From NCBI GenBank assembly GCA_964019335.1, contig OZ025678.1, forward strand, positions 62,001-126,000: a stretch of DNA of 64,000 nt, written 5' to 3'. Within the stretch, counting starts at the first letter, position 1. Every line of letters starts with the position of its first letter. Below are positions 12,127 to 24,224 of the stretch, piece by piece. Position numbers and translations under genes: made by a program. The notes below the pieces were generated by a model, which was given only the letters and a program-made list of their open reading frames with translations, had not been told where the DNA came from and did not search any database. The DNA comes from Diplonema japonicum. Its lineage: Eukaryota; Protista; Euglenozoa: Diplonemea.

Positions 12127-13369
12127 AATTATCATAGAAAAAAAAAAAAAAAAAAAGACCACCCTCATTTTTTTTTTCTTTTTTCGTTAACACTTTTTCC
12201 CTATCCCGTTTTTCTTTTTACCCCTTATTTCTTTTTTCCATTTAAACTCTCTCCCTGTACTGCATTTAAAAAAAAAAAAAAAAAAGAGGGAGCAATAAAA
12301 AAATTCCTGAAATAAAAAAAAAAGAAAAGGGAGGGGAAATAAAGCAGAATTCGCCGTAGATGTATTGCCCTCAAGGCTACTTAGCTCCCTGTTTTTCTCT
12401 CTTTTTTTTTTGTTCCCTCAAAGTATCCGATTAAGATGTTAGTTGCTACATTATCTTTAAAGCTGAAGGACTGAACCAAACCCCGCTCACGAAGGAGGGA
12501 AAAAAAATGAAAAAATAATAATGGAGAACAACAAATGAGAAGCATTTTTTTTTTAAAATGTTTTTTTTTCTCTATCTTTTTATTTTTCTCTTCTTACTGC
12601 AGTTTTTTTTTCCCCCCCTCTTTTTTTTTCTTCAAGGGAAGTAGACGTGGAAAAAAAAAGGGGGGGGGGAAAGGAGAAGAAAAGCATCAGACACAATTCG
12701 CCAGATGTTTCACTCAATGAGGTAGGAGTAGAAGTTTCGTCTTATCTTTGTTTTTTTTTTTTTTTATTGTTCTTTTCTCTCTCTCCCTTCATTACCGCCT
12801 AGCCTGACCAACATTTTTAACTTTTATTGTTTCTTTCAATTGCTAACTTCCCCTCCCCATTGGTTTCCCTTTTTTTTTTCTTCTTTTTTTCTTTTTTTTT
12901 TTCTTCCTCCTTTTTTTTTCTTTTTTTTTTTCCATTATCACAACTTTCCTATCCCCTTTCTGGAGAGGGGAAAGAAAAAAATTCTTCATTTTTTTTCCCA
13001 CCGGTTTACCCCTTCTTACTGACAATGCTCCGCCCATTCCAGAGAAAGTAAGCTGGCAGAGTGCAAAATTTACGAAAACACCGAGGAGGAAAAAGAAAAA
13101 AGAAATGGAGAAAAAAGAAAACCCTCCCATCTAACCCTACTCTCGGCTCTTTTTTTTACCCCCCCACCCTTCCCCATCCACACCTATTCCTCCCTTTTGT
13201 TCCATTTTATTTTGAAAAAAAGAAAAAACTTTCTTTCTTCTTGCGCCATTCCCCTTTGCTTCCCCACTTTTTATTTCCCCCCTCTTTCGAGTACTTCATT
13301 TTATTCCCCCCCCCCCTTCTTTTCCAAAGACAAAGAGAAAATACGTAGGGTTAAAAAAAGAAAAGGCAA

Positions 13370-13588
13370 ATGACAAACAGTGGGAACAAGCAAAAAATAG
13401 AAGAAATCCTGCCCAAGGCAGGTCTGGTGTATTCTGAAAAGAGTACGCTCAGTGAAATTCTGTCGAAACCAAAAATTATGCCGATTAAATCCTTGACATT
13501 GGAGAAGCTGGAAGAAATGGAGAGAGAGCTCCGAAAGGCGTGTGCCGCGCAGAGGCCGGAATCGGCTGTAGGCCGAGATGTAAAATAA
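13370..13588 (+). CDS. BBIP1: BBSome-interacting protein 1 (BBIP10/BBS18)
   Basis: EILPKAG...KPKIMPIKSLTLEKLEEME matches the BBIP10 signature. Confidence 0.88.
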   Translation: MTNSGNKQKIEEILPKAGLVYSEKSTLSEILSKPKIMPIKSLTLEKLEEMERELRKACAAQRPESAVGRDVK

Positions 13589-13697
13589 TAGAAAAAAAAA
13601 ATAAAATAAAAGGAATAAAGTGTTTCTTAAACTATTATTCACCACATTCAAAAAAATAATAATAATAATAATAAAGGGAGAGGGGGGTAATAAAAAA

Positions 13698-14428
13698 ATG
13701 CCCCGCACAGCAGTACCCGTGTGGGGCTGGGCACTACTCTTCTCTATTTTGACGGTTCTCGATGGTGTTCTGCTATACTGGTGGTTGGTGGCGCGGAAAA
13801 GAAAATCAAAAACAGTTCGTGAACCCGCTGAAGAAATGCAGGAAATCCCGTCCGCTGAGGTCTACGAGGAGGAAAGAATTGATCCACAACAACATGACCC
13901 TTTGCCCGGATGTGAGACCCCAGAGAGGCATCAGACAGTGGCAGTAGCCACACCGACACCCCCTCCGAGGGTGAGAGTTCCTGTCATCCCAGCACCGCCT
14001 GCAACAGCCACACCAACACCAAACAGGGAGACTAGGAGGGTTAGGATTGTCTCGCCGAAGGCTACTGAAATGTATTCTCCAAGCCCACTCCAAGCAACTC
14101 CTCAACATGCTGCGGTTGATATAACTGGGGACCTGAATGACTCGTGGTGGCTGAGCCCTGCACAGTCTGCTGGAGCCATTCTCGGGCAGGGGCTCCAGGT
14201 TCCTACAAAGCTTTTCGACTCACCACCCCCGTCCCCTATAGCCTCTGCTGCTCCGGGACCTCCTGTCTCTAATCCTTACATCACACGGTTGATCCCGCCA
14301 CAGCCCCCAACTAAGCCCCAGCCTTCACCGCCTCCTGAAATTCCTGGTATGTAGGGTTGTCAAGAAGAAGAAGAAAATGTTGTACAGCGCGGACGAGCAC
14401 CTTCCGTCTATCGCCTTCGATACTTTAG
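13698..14428 (+). CDS. Single-TM, proline-rich hypothetical protein; probable 3' intron 14347-14387
   Basis: ATG after A-run; N-terminal hydrophobic helix followed by basic residues; GTATGT...TACAG removal extends the frame to TAG at 14428. Confidence 0.6.
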
Positions 14429-14608
14429 AATACCTCCCCCCCCTTCCTCTAGATAGATATTGTGATTCTTATTTTAAAAGTTTATAAAAAGAAATTGAAG
14501 ATAACACTCATCTCTTTTTTTATTATTATTCTTACGTTTTTCTTTCTTTCCCTTCCAAATAGCTTGAGCTAATATGAGGAGGAAAAAAAAAAAAAGCAGT
14601 GCGGTGCC

Positions 14609-15169
14609 ATGGTGCTCACAAGGGATGTGGTGTGCGAGGTGGTTGACGGGTACGGGGTGGCGTGGAAACGGCAGGATGAGGACAGGATAGCGGCACTGTT
14701 CACAGAAGACGGGGAATATGTCGAAAGGATAGGGACAAAGGTGGGGACCTTCGTGGGGAGGGACGAGATCAAGGGGTACTGGAGACGGCAGATAGAGTCC
14801 AAGCAGAGCGACATCTCCTTCGAACACATTGTGGACGACATGATATTGAACTCAGCTGAGGCGAGTGCTGTGGTCAAGTGGGTGGCGAGCTTCACCAACC
14901 AACAGACACACACGGCAGCACGTGATCTTGGTGCAGTGACATTTACTCAAATCGCCATTCTGCACTTTCGGGAGGTGGAGGGGGCCTGGTTGGTGTCCAG
15001 GCTCGAGGAGTACTGGCATTCACCAACTACTGACAGGAACGCCAAGGGGCATGTGTACCCACCGTCAAAAAAAATTCGGAACCGATCGAAAAACCTTCAC
15101 GCTAACCTAGCCAGAGTGAAGGCCACCAACAAGCAGGTGCCCAGCTTGGCAGAGTACGTCATGCAGTGA
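14609..15169 (+). CDS. SnoaL/NTF2-like domain protein
   Basis: YGVAW...D.DRIAALFTEDGEY, GRDEIKGYW, RLEEYW pattern of SnoaL-like folds. Confidence 0.8.
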   Translation: MVLTRDVVCEVVDGYGVAWKRQDEDRIAALFTEDGEYVERIGTKVGTFVGRDEIKGYWRRQIESKQSDISFEHIVDDMILNSAEASAVVKWVASFTNQQTHTAARDLGAVTFTQIAILHFREVEGAWLVSRLEEYWHSPTTDRNAKGHVYPPSKKIRNRSKNLHANLARVKATNKQVPSLAEYVMQ

Positions 15170-15556
15170 ATAGAGAAGGGGAAAAAAGAAAGAAAGGCAA
15201 AGTGGTCTTTCACAAGGCAGTTTTCTTTCATTTTTTGTTTATTTTTCGTTTTTTTTTTTTTTTTTTTTTTTCATTCACAAAAGAAAAAAAAAAAAAAAAT
15301 AAAGCACAGGACAAAAACAAGAAGGAAAAAAAAGGGAGGAAGGGGGCGGGCGGGAAGGAAAAAAGAAAGAGAAAACAACAACAAAACACACAAATACCCC
15401 CTCCCCCCTCCCCCGAATTTTTATAAACATCTCAAAAAAAAAATAAAAAAAATAAAGTAACACTATGTGCGTTATTTAAAAAAAAAAAATAAAAAAAAAA
15501 GAAACAAGAAAAAAATACAAATCCCCCCTGTTCCCCTCACAAATTCTTATATATAA

Positions 15557-16176
15557 ATGGGCTGTGGTGCGAGTAGAAATAAATATGTGGATAATGGGAG
15601 TAGGGTATGTTTTTTTTTTTTTTTCCAAAAAAAAAAAAAAAAAAAAAAAACTAGTCTGAATTACCCGACACAGTGTCGAAGCCCCTTACCATGGATGAGA
15701 GAGAGGGTAATATGAATAACACCACTGCCGCTTCGTTGGGGTGTAGTCAAGTAGAGACGTCTCAGAGGGAACGGGAAAAGGGGGAAATGATGTCGCCAAC
15801 ATCTTACGCTGAATCCCCCCCTGCATCTATGGATGGAGACCGGTCCTTTAGTCTAGATGAGAACGATCCTGAAATTGACATTAAAGCAAGCTACCAAAAA
15901 CTCCTGGAACAGGCTCTGGAGGCCGCGCGGAGCAAGGGGGCTACGACTGTGAAAGTCGGGTTGGTCCCTATTCAAAATATTGGGCCGTCAGTTGAGCTAA
16001 CCCACTCCGAGCTTTCTCGGATTCGGCAATGGTGTGATTTCAACCCGCCCTTCGAGCCTATCTTGACCCTTGAAGGGCACCAGTCCAACTCTGGCCGAGC
16101 CCCACGTGATCACAATCTGCAACAAAACCAAGATTTGTTGGACAATCATTACCTTCAAAAAAAAAAAAAACCTTGA
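15557..16176 (+). CDS. Hypothetical protein with MGCGAS dual-acylation N-terminus; intron 15605-15654
   Basis: 16-codon exon MGCGASRNKYVDNGSR splices in frame to the 15673 ORF. Confidence 0.7.
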
Positions 16177-16568
16177 AAGAAAAAAAAAATGTGTAAAATA
16201 TGAGGGCAAGAAAGGAAAAAAAAAAAAAAAAAAAAACCCTGGAAAAAAAATGGGGAGAAAACAAAGACGGAGCGGGGGGGGGGAAATTTTTGAAATGAAA
16301 AAAAAAGTGTTTCTTTTTTTTTTTCTCTCTCTCTTTTTTTTTTCTTCTTCTTTTTACAAAGTTCCCCCACTCCCTCACCCCCAAGTTCTTAGCGTCTACA
16401 CATTTTTTTTCCCTTCCTATTTTTGGTCTTCCCCTACTAATGCAAAAAAAAAGAGTAAACACCCCCCCAAAAAATGAATTCTGATACTTAAAAGCCATAC
16501 TACATGGGAAAACCTTCGAACGAACCTAAATGGCGTTTCCTCCTTGGTACTTTTCGATATTGGGGTCT

Positions 16569-16604
<36 letters not shown>

Positions 16605-16605
<1 letters not shown>

Positions 16606-17857
16606 CATCTACCAACGGACCATTTTTGCCCACCAGGGGGTAAATTTTCAAAACTTCAAAAAAACTATTCTAGCGCAACGCTGGGGCTATATGCCCCCCG
16701 GAAATGCCTCCAGATGTCCCAATTCTAGAGAGAGGGTGCCCACAGCAGGGCCCACCCCCACAACATTGTCAAAAATATCGTTCCCGAAGTGCTCGAGAGG
16801 TACAAAAAACAAGTCAAAAAAAATCGTCTGTGAAATTCTATAAAAAGCTATTCAAGGCCTTCTTGACGCGGTTCGTACGTGCCCCAGGGCTGGGGGACTT
16901 CTTTTTTGACCCCGAGAGGGGTTTCTGGGGGGTATCCCCGGCAAGGTGGTAGTCTTTGAAGCCCGGAGTCACGCAAAGTTGTACCAAGCAGGCTGAACAC
17001 TGAAATAGGGGTCTTTTCGACTTGCAATGCTTGCACCGCACGTTGCGCTACTTTTTCGGGAAATGGTCCCAGAAGGTGCTGTCGCGGCACATTGGGGTCT
17101 CAGGGCACTCGTTCTGTGTTTCGGGGGCATGGTATTGGGGCAGCCTGCTCTGTAGTTGACTTTAGCTGTTGTTTGGGCAGCCTCCCTAGTAGCCCTTCGA
17201 TGACTGCCTCTTTGAAAGGCGTGAATCCACTGTCGTTCGTACTCAGGGTGTTGGGGGGCAATGCTTCTTTCCAAACAAACCGGGCATTTGCCAGAGATTT
17301 ATCTAACAAGTACGAAAATACTTTCAGGGGCCACTTCGAAGTCATAAGGGTGCGTTTATGGCGTTTTGTCACAGCGTCACCCAGCGTCGGTTCCGCCCAT
17401 TGCGGTGTTGTAAATATGCACTTGAGGGATGTCCTTTCTGGAGGGCCTCCGGCTTTCATTCTCTTTTGGTCGACACGCCAAATTTGACTTCACCAGAACA
17501 TCCAACGTCGACAGAAAGCGCACAGGCTTGATGGCATGCCACGTTGTGGTGCAAAGGATGCTCACGTGCTGGTGGAGGGATGAGCCATCAGTGCTGCCAT
17601 CGCTCATAATGTCCTCTTCCGGCCTCTTTCTGGGTGCCATTTTTTGAAGTGATTTTTAAGGGTAAATTTGGGCTGGCGTTTTTTTTTATTTTTTCATTTT
17701 CTTGCAAAGTTAGGGCAGCATTTAGTTTATATTTTTCATATTTTCCGCGCAGGGCCCCGGATGCGAGAAGTGGCCGGGCTGTATTGCATTGAAAGCCCTT
17801 TGCGCAAAAGATTTTTTTTTTCAAATCGTCTCTATAAAGACGCTCGTTGGTAGATGG
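16605..17857 (-). mobile_element. piggyBac-family DNA transposon, internally deleted and frameshifted
   Basis: Perfect 13-bp TIR CCATCTACCAACG at both ends, flanked by TAAA (left) and TTAA (right); minus-strand fragments KPVRFLST, YNTAMGGTD, KWPLKVFSYLLD..LANA and C-terminal Cys-rich RCKHC...CSACLVQLC...FKDYH. Confidence 0.92.
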
Positions 17858-18800
17858 TTAAATAAAAGAACGAAAAAAAAAAAAGCTATTTTTTTACTCG
17901 AGACAAATCCTTTTGAATAAATTTCACTGGGCGTGCATATAGTGGCTTTTTTTTTTTCTTTAAAAATATTTTTTTAAAGGAGACTCGACACCTATCCCCA
18001 ATACACCGTGCTAGCGCCGGTACTCGTTGTGCACTTTTATACAAAATCACGGAACACAATGGAGGTGGGGGGGTTTTTTTTTTCTTTTTGTCTGAAAAAT
18101 AAAAATCGGGTGGTGAAAGAAGTACTAAAGAAAAAAAGGATTATATGAAGACGAATGTCTTCTGTTCTTCGAGAAAGTTATTATTATTTTCTCTTTTTTT
18201 TTTTGTTTTTTTAAAATATTTTTTCTTCCACCCCCTCTTTTTTTTTTTTACTATGTTTTGTCAGTTCTGGTTTGTTAATTTCTTTTTTTTTTATATTATT
18301 TTTTTATCTTCTTTTTCTTCAATGTCCCATTCACATTCCTTCATTACCACGCATGCTCTTTTCTTCTTTTTTTTCCCCGACCTGGTGAATGTATGTACTG
18401 TTTGGGGGGGGGGGAAGAAAAAAAGAAAGTGTCCGCCGCTACCACACAATTTCACGGCGGTGAGGTGAAGAAAAAAAAATGGGAAAGGGGAAGCTTTGGT
18501 ACTGATTCACATGTGCCATAAGCTTTTCGGGGTAAAGAGGAAGGGGAATAAAAATAGGGGAGGAACGGGAGGAACTTTAAAAAGAAGGAAAAAAAGAAAA
18601 GAAAAAAAAGGGAACTTCACTTTTTTCTGACTTAGCTTTTTTTTTTTTTTCTTTTTTTTTTTCTTCCGTATTTCCTTGTGCTCTTGGGGACTGTGAAAAA
18701 AATCTTTTTTCTTCCCTCATTGTAATCTTTTGATTCCCCCCCTTTTGTGTCAAACAAAAAAAAAAAAAAAAAAAAAAAGAAGAAGAAAACTACGCAGCAA

Positions 18801-18838
<38 letters not shown>

Positions 18839-20675
18839 GATGTGCGAGATTCCGTCCCCCCCCCTCCACTCTTCTTCCTCTCCTCACATCACGAAGCGGA
18901 AGAAAAGTTTCAAGGGTGTGTCTTGTGTGGAAAAAAAAAAAAAAAAGAACGTGATTCTGTTAAGGGAGAACAAAGGGGTAGGGTGTAAAAAAAAAAATAA
19001 CCCCACTCTCGCCTAAATGCACGTTCTTTCTCTTTTGTTTTCTTTTTTTTTTAAAAAAAAAGTTGCGCCATGGGCCTCTTGCCCAAGCCTGGTGTTAAGG
19101 TCCCATAGGGACCCAAGGACCTTGTCTGGGGAGTCCTTTAAAAAAAAAAAAAAAAAAATCTAATCCCTAACAAGACTTTTTTTCTTTTTTTTTTTTTTTC
19201 TTTTTTCACTCCCCCGTTTCTCTTTTGTTCAGGAAAAATTGCATATTACTCCTCCCTACTTGGCCTCTAGGTGGCTGTAAGTGCTTATGATGCAGGAAAC
19301 CAAAAGGTAAAACAGAAAACTAGTTACGTAAATTATCGCGTGATTTATTTCGATAAATTTTTGGAAACCCGCGACCGTATTGCATTTGAATTTGAAAAAA
19401 AAAAACTTTTTTTTTTCTTTTGGGTCTCTTCTAGTACTTTTATTCCCCCCCCTTTTTTTTTGTTCTTCTTCTTTCCTCTCCCTCTTCTTCTTCTTCTTTT
19501 TTTTTTTTTACGAGAGTTTTTTGTTTTTGTTTTTTCCGCACATAGATATAGCAACGCTAGGAAACGGAGAAAAATTAAGCGACATTTGTAAATCTTTTTG
19601 CCAGGGAGAGGGGGGGGGGGGGGGGGCAGTTTTAAAAAAAAGAAGAAGAAAAAAAAAGAAAGTGATAATTGTAAAAAAAAATTTTTTTTAAAAGGGAAAA
19701 TAAAGGAAATTACTTTTAAGATCTTGATACCACAGTTGACATGAGTCATGCATCAGAAAGCTCAGTCCTCAGTGGGGGGTTTGCCGGGTAGATCTTCAGA
19801 AGGACCTGGCTCTGCTCCTGGCTCTACAGCTGGCCAATTCTACTGCCTAAACTACGGGGTGTGATACATAAAGTTAAATTGTGATGATAACACTGACAAA
19901 AAAAAATTACCCCCCTTGACTGTTGGGGGGGGGGGGGGGGAGTAAGAAGGAACAAACGACCCGGTCATGAAAAAGCTGACAGTGCTATTTTTTTTTTCTC
20001 TCTTTTTTTCTTCCGTTTTTTTCTTTTTTATATCCTTCCTTCGCGCACTTCACCCCTCATTTTTTTTTTTCTTCCATAAAAAAAAATATGGCCCTAAATC
20101 TCCAGAGGTCATGTGAAAAAAAAAAAATTTGACCATGCCCCCCTGCCCGTTAGAGTGTATGTTTAAAAGTTTTCCTTTTTTTCCAGGTATATATATAGGT
20201 TACCCCAGGTAACCCAACCAACCAGAGTTTGCATCAACCTGTTTTTTTTTTTTTTTTTTTTTTTTTTTTGTTTTTAACAAAAACAACATGTTGCCTTTCT
20301 GGAGATTTAGGGTCATATGCTTTTTCTTATTTTTTATTTTTTTTTTTATACTCCCTCCTTCCCTTCCCCTTTCTTTGATACCCCTCCGTCTTTTTTTTTT
20401 TTTTTTTTTTGTTATTTGTTTTTTTTTTTTGTTGTAACTTTTAAAAATATATTCAGGAAGCACATGGGGAGAGCGACAAAATTTTCGTTGGGGGAAAAAA
20501 AAAAGAAAATAAAAAAAAAAAAAAAATGCATGTCTTAAACTTGCCGATAAAGACGTCGGGGTGCATTTGTAGCCCGCTGGGCTACGGCGGTGGGAGGTGG
20601 GACGAAAAAAACAGAAAGAACAAATGTAAAAAGGTGTTTCTCGTGGTGTATTGTTGTGTGAGATTCACATCTGAA

Positions 20676-22817
20676 ATGAAAACACAGAAGGAAAAACGAA
20701 GAAAAATCGCAAATGTGACCAAAAAAAGAGAACAAGTAGGCCTCTGCCCAGGCTGGATGCTAAAGTCGCTTTCCAGAGTCGCTGCCGAAGTTGTAAAAGC
20801 CGAAGCCCTCCGACGGCTGCGTTCTGCTCTTGGACTCTGGCTCGCTATGAAACTGAAATGGATCCACCGCAAGGCTTCTGCCAGCAGCATCAAGATCAAC
20901 CACCCGCCAAAAACAACTTTGCACCAATCGCTCCTCTTCAAATTCTGGCCAGACCAAACAATCGCCTCTGCCTTCTCGCAAGCTTCCCCGTTGTTGTATC
21001 GCCAAACCGAGACCATTCTCTACCAGGGAGAGAGATGCCCTCCTGGAGTGTATTTTGTGTCCTCCGGAACTGTCGTGTTAACAGACAAGTACAATCCTCT
21101 TCATGCCAAAGAGGTGCACGCTCCAGTCTTCTTCGCAGACACCTGCTTTGCCATTAATGAGCCGCTCCCCACTACCGTCAAGGTTGCGTCGCCCACCGTT
21201 GAAATCGGTCTCATTCCTAGCCCTGCCATCTACGCCGCGCTAGCTTCGTTGCCCCCTGAAGCAAGGTCCAGCATGGCTAGCTCCTGTCTTGCCTACCGCA
21301 AGGCGTCGCTTCCAGAATCGTTTCCAATGACACCCGCGCTTGTCTGCCTCTCGCCTCTCTTCCAAAAACTGTCTGTAGAGTACCTCCGCAAGATCTGTGG
21401 GCTTGTCACCCCCTTCGCTGTTGATGAGGGCGTCACGCTCCTTCACCCAAAACAGACACACAAGGTCTCCATGTACTTCCTACGGAAGGGTCGGTGCGTC
21501 GTTGTAATGGACACCGGTGGCGAGAGCTCCACGCTGAAATGGTTGCAAGCGCCCTGTTCGTTCGGCGAGCCTGCCCTGTTGGACTATGGCACCGTGCACC
21601 ACGTCAAGTCACACACACCATGCGACCTTTGGGCACTGTCCCGTGATGACGTGTGGCGGCTATGCGAGTCATATAACAACGTAAAGGCCAACATTATGTA
21701 CGCGGCGACCGAAAGCCGCAGGAAATGGATGGCAGCGTCCCTGCAGTCGCGGCTGCTGCGTGCGGTGCCCTTCTTCAACGCTGCCTTGCGCGAGGGATTC
21801 ATCAATGAAGAGGCCTTCGTAGAGCTGTGCTACCTGTTTGCAGCACGGGTCATCCCTCCCGGGGGGTTTGTCGCGTCTTGCGCTGAGCAATGCAACGACG
21901 TGCTGATCTTCGTGAAGGGCCACGCCACTGCGAGGTACCTCAACATCACGCGGCGTGTCGGGTACGGTGAGTGCTTGGGTGCCACATGCCTTGTGACCAC
22001 AAGGTGGATAGCCTCTGTGATGGCACGGAACAACTGCGACTGCTGGGCTTTGCCACGCGCAGTCTTTAAGAACTTCATCAAAACCCACCCTGGGGTGTCC
22101 GAAGCGGGGTTTCTCAGCTTGACGCGGCAGCAGTTCCGCGAAGAGCGGGTGCTCTTGTTGCAGCACCGCTACGGGGCGTCAGGGCTGCCGCAGGACCTGT
22201 ACTTTCCATTATCACATAGACACCCGAACGACCGCGCACCAGTTAAGCAGGCATGCACCACGCTGGCACCGCGGCCCGTCACTGCCGTAGGCGCGCTGCT
22301 GAGCAGGGCTGCGAAGAATTTTCGCCACGTGAATATGTTTGCCAGGAACAGTCCAAAAGGCCCGATGGGGAAGCTGCGAGACATCATCGTGAAGCACGAG
22401 CGGAAAATCAACACTACGAGAAGCCGTACTTGCGAAGGAGCAAGAGACAGATTCCTGTCGATGGCATCTGAGAAAGATATGCGGGTCATGAAGAAGTCTG
22501 TCTATGTGGTGCGGACCAGAGGCAGCATGCATGAGGAGCAACTGGAGCCTAACGAGAGCGAGGAGCTGGGTGTTTCGCACGGGGTGAACATCATCGGGGG
22601 CTCTGCACCCTCTAGCCCGTCTAGTGCGGGAACCACGCCACCCAAGAAGGCGTGCCTAGCCCCCTTGCGGTGTTCGGAAGGTCTCAGCTTCCCAACTAGG
22701 TACCGCTTCGAGAGTCCCCCCTCTGCCGCAGCACCTCTCGCAAGCAACATGGTCACGAAGATGTTGAAAAAGTGCGGGCCCAGCAGGTCCATGGTCATCG
22801 CCTTCCCGTCGGCGTGA
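20676..22817 (+). CDS. Multi-domain cyclic-nucleotide-binding (CNBD) protein; start uncertain
   Basis: Three CNBD-like repeats: ILYQGE...VYFVSSGTV, MYFLRKG...SFGEPALL...CDLWALSR, IFVKG...GECLG...CDCWALPR. Confidence 0.8.
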   Translation: MKTQKEKRRKIANVTKKREQVGLCPGWMLKSLSRVAAEVVKAEALRRLRSALGLWLAMKLKWIHRKASASSIKINHPPKTTLHQSLLFKFWPDQTIASAFSQASPLLYRQTETILYQGERCPPGVYFVSSGTVVLTDKYNPLHAKEVHAPVFFADTCFAINEPLPTTVKVASPTVEIGLIPSPAIYAALASLPPEARSSMASSCLAYRKASLPESFPMTPALVCLSPLFQKLSVEYLRKICGLVTPFAVDEGVTLLHPKQTHKVSMYFLRKGRCVVVMDTGGESSTLKWLQAPCSFGEPALLDYGTVHHVKSHTPCDLWALSRDDVWRLCESYNNVKANIMYAATESRRKWMAASLQSRLLRAVPFFNAALREGFINEEAFVELCYLFAARVIPPGGFVASCAEQCNDVLIFVKGHATARYLNITRRVGYGECLGATCLVTTRWIASVMARNNCDCWALPRAVFKNFIKTHPGVSEAGFLSLTRQQFREERVLLLQHRYGASGLPQDLYFPLSHRHPNDRAPVKQACTTLAPRPVTAVGALLSRAAKNFRHVNMFARNSPKGPMGKLRDIIVKHERKINTTRSRTCEGARDRFLSMASEKDMRVMKKSVYVVRTRGSMHEEQLEPNESEELGVSHGVNIIGGSAPSSPSSAGTTPPKKACLAPLRCSEGLSFPTRYRFESPPSAAAPLASNMVTKMLKKCGPSRSMVIAFPSA

Positions 22818-22893
22818 GACATTTACACCGAAGTTATAACAGTAATGCTATGTTTCTTTTGCACCTGCACTCGCACCACCACGCCTTAGGAAG

Positions 22894-23436
22894 ATGACAA
22901 GCATCGTTGGGAACAAGTGGCGTCATTCGGTGCTGAATGACGTGAAGGAGGTAGACGCCAAGGTTGCAAGGTGGGTATACGTGAGGAGAGAGGGACAGCC
23001 GAGCACAGTGTACGTGGGAGAGTGCAGGCGGCTGGGCATCCAGGAGAACAAGGGAATCCTGCGGATATTGGAGAGGAAGGAAGTGACAGAGCTGGACCTG
23101 AGCAAGATGTACTTGGGGCCCATGGGAATACTTCCTGTGCTCAGCGTGGTGCACCTTCTCCCCTCCCTGCGGACCCTCGACCTCTCGTACTGCCAGACCA
23201 CTTCGTCACATGTTGTGCTTCTTGCTGCTAGCATACGTGGCCACCCGTCCCTCACCTCCCTCAACCTGTCGCACAACCCTTGTTCGTCTCTGGGCCTGCA
23301 AGTCTTGTACGAGGCACTTCTTGCCACGTCTTCCGTTACCACCTTGGCACTCCACGGGGTGGAGATAGTCCCTACACTAAGAGATAAGATAGAGCATATC
23401 TTAGCGGCGCACGGCAAAGGTGCAGGAGGTTCTTAG
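22894..23436 (+). CDS. Leucine-rich-repeat protein
   Basis: ELDLSKMYLG, LRTLDLSYC, HPSLTSLNLSHNP. Confidence 0.8.
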   Translation: MTSIVGNKWRHSVLNDVKEVDAKVARWVYVRREGQPSTVYVGECRRLGIQENKGILRILERKEVTELDLSKMYLGPMGILPVLSVVHLLPSLRTLDLSYCQTTSSHVVLLAASIRGHPSLTSLNLSHNPCSSLGLQVLYEALLATSSVTTLALHGVEIVPTLRDKIEHILAAHGKGAGGS

Positions 23437-23569
23437 TTACACTTTAAATACAGGAAGGGAGAAAAAAAAATATATATGTAAAGAAAGTTGCTAGAAATAA
23501 TTTTTTCGTCCACCATAAAGAAAAAAAAAAAACTAGGTGGGAAGGGAGAGGATGGAGTGACCCTGCAAC

Positions 23570-24037
23570 ATGGAGAGGCTGGTGTTGTGCGACGGTGTTG
23601 AGGAGGAGGTGGAGCGGCTGCTCGAAGAGGACCGGTTGAACGAGGCGAAGGCAGCGGAGATGAAGGCGAGGCAGGAGGCAGAGAATGCAGAGAAACAGAG
23701 TCCAGCACCTGTCTTAGATAACGTCGAGAAAAAGAACAGAAAGAAGAGAAAGGTCCGACCCCCACGTGAGCGCCCCCTTATCATTCTTGACCAGATGCTG
23801 GAGTACCCTTCAGTGAAGTATCACACCCCAGAGCAAATGGCGTGCCCTGTGTACCCACCCGTGCGTACCTTTTTTGCCCTGTCAGGCCGTCCGGCTTCTT
23901 TTGCAAGCCGGCAAGCTAAACGGCTCACAACCCCGATCCTCACTGCACACCAAAAACTCTGCAACGCGAGGCCGGTGTTGCTGCCGATGGGAACCGGGTT
24001 TTGCAGAAGGAGCAACATTGTGACAGGGATGCGGTGA
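23570..24037 (+). CDS. Hypothetical protein
   Basis: 155-aa coding-like ORF on the common strand; no motif recognised. Confidence 0.5.
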   Translation: MERLVLCDGVEEEVERLLEEDRLNEAKAAEMKARQEAENAEKQSPAPVLDNVEKKNRKKRKVRPPRERPLIILDQMLEYPSVKYHTPEQMACPVYPPVRTFFALSGRPASFASRQAKRLTTPILTAHQKLCNARPVLLPMGTGFCRRSNIVTGMR

Positions 24038-24224
24038 AGGAAAAGAAAAAAAAAAGAAAAAAAAAAGGAGGCCACTTCCGTGCTCCTTACCCCCCCTCTC
24101 CCCCCGGGCTTTGCATCCATTGATTTTCAAGAAATTTGCGAGTTATAAAACGAAACAAGAGCGAAAGAAAAACGGGCAAAAGAGAAAAAAAAAATACGAA
24201 AAAAAAAAAAAAAAAAAAAAAAAA

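Noticed and set aside
3236-12168. Long antisense ORFs within the importin and ABCA genes
   Set aside because: Shadow frames expected from high GC3 codon usage
19958-19979. GACCCGGTCATGA..AGCTGA also occurs at positions 9-30
   Set aside because: Short match with no extension; compatible with chance
17900-20500. Small hairpins (about 18432-18460, 18492-18526) and a GTGATGA...CTGA at about 19881
   Set aside because: Single copies; C and D boxes too close; insufficient for ncRNA calls
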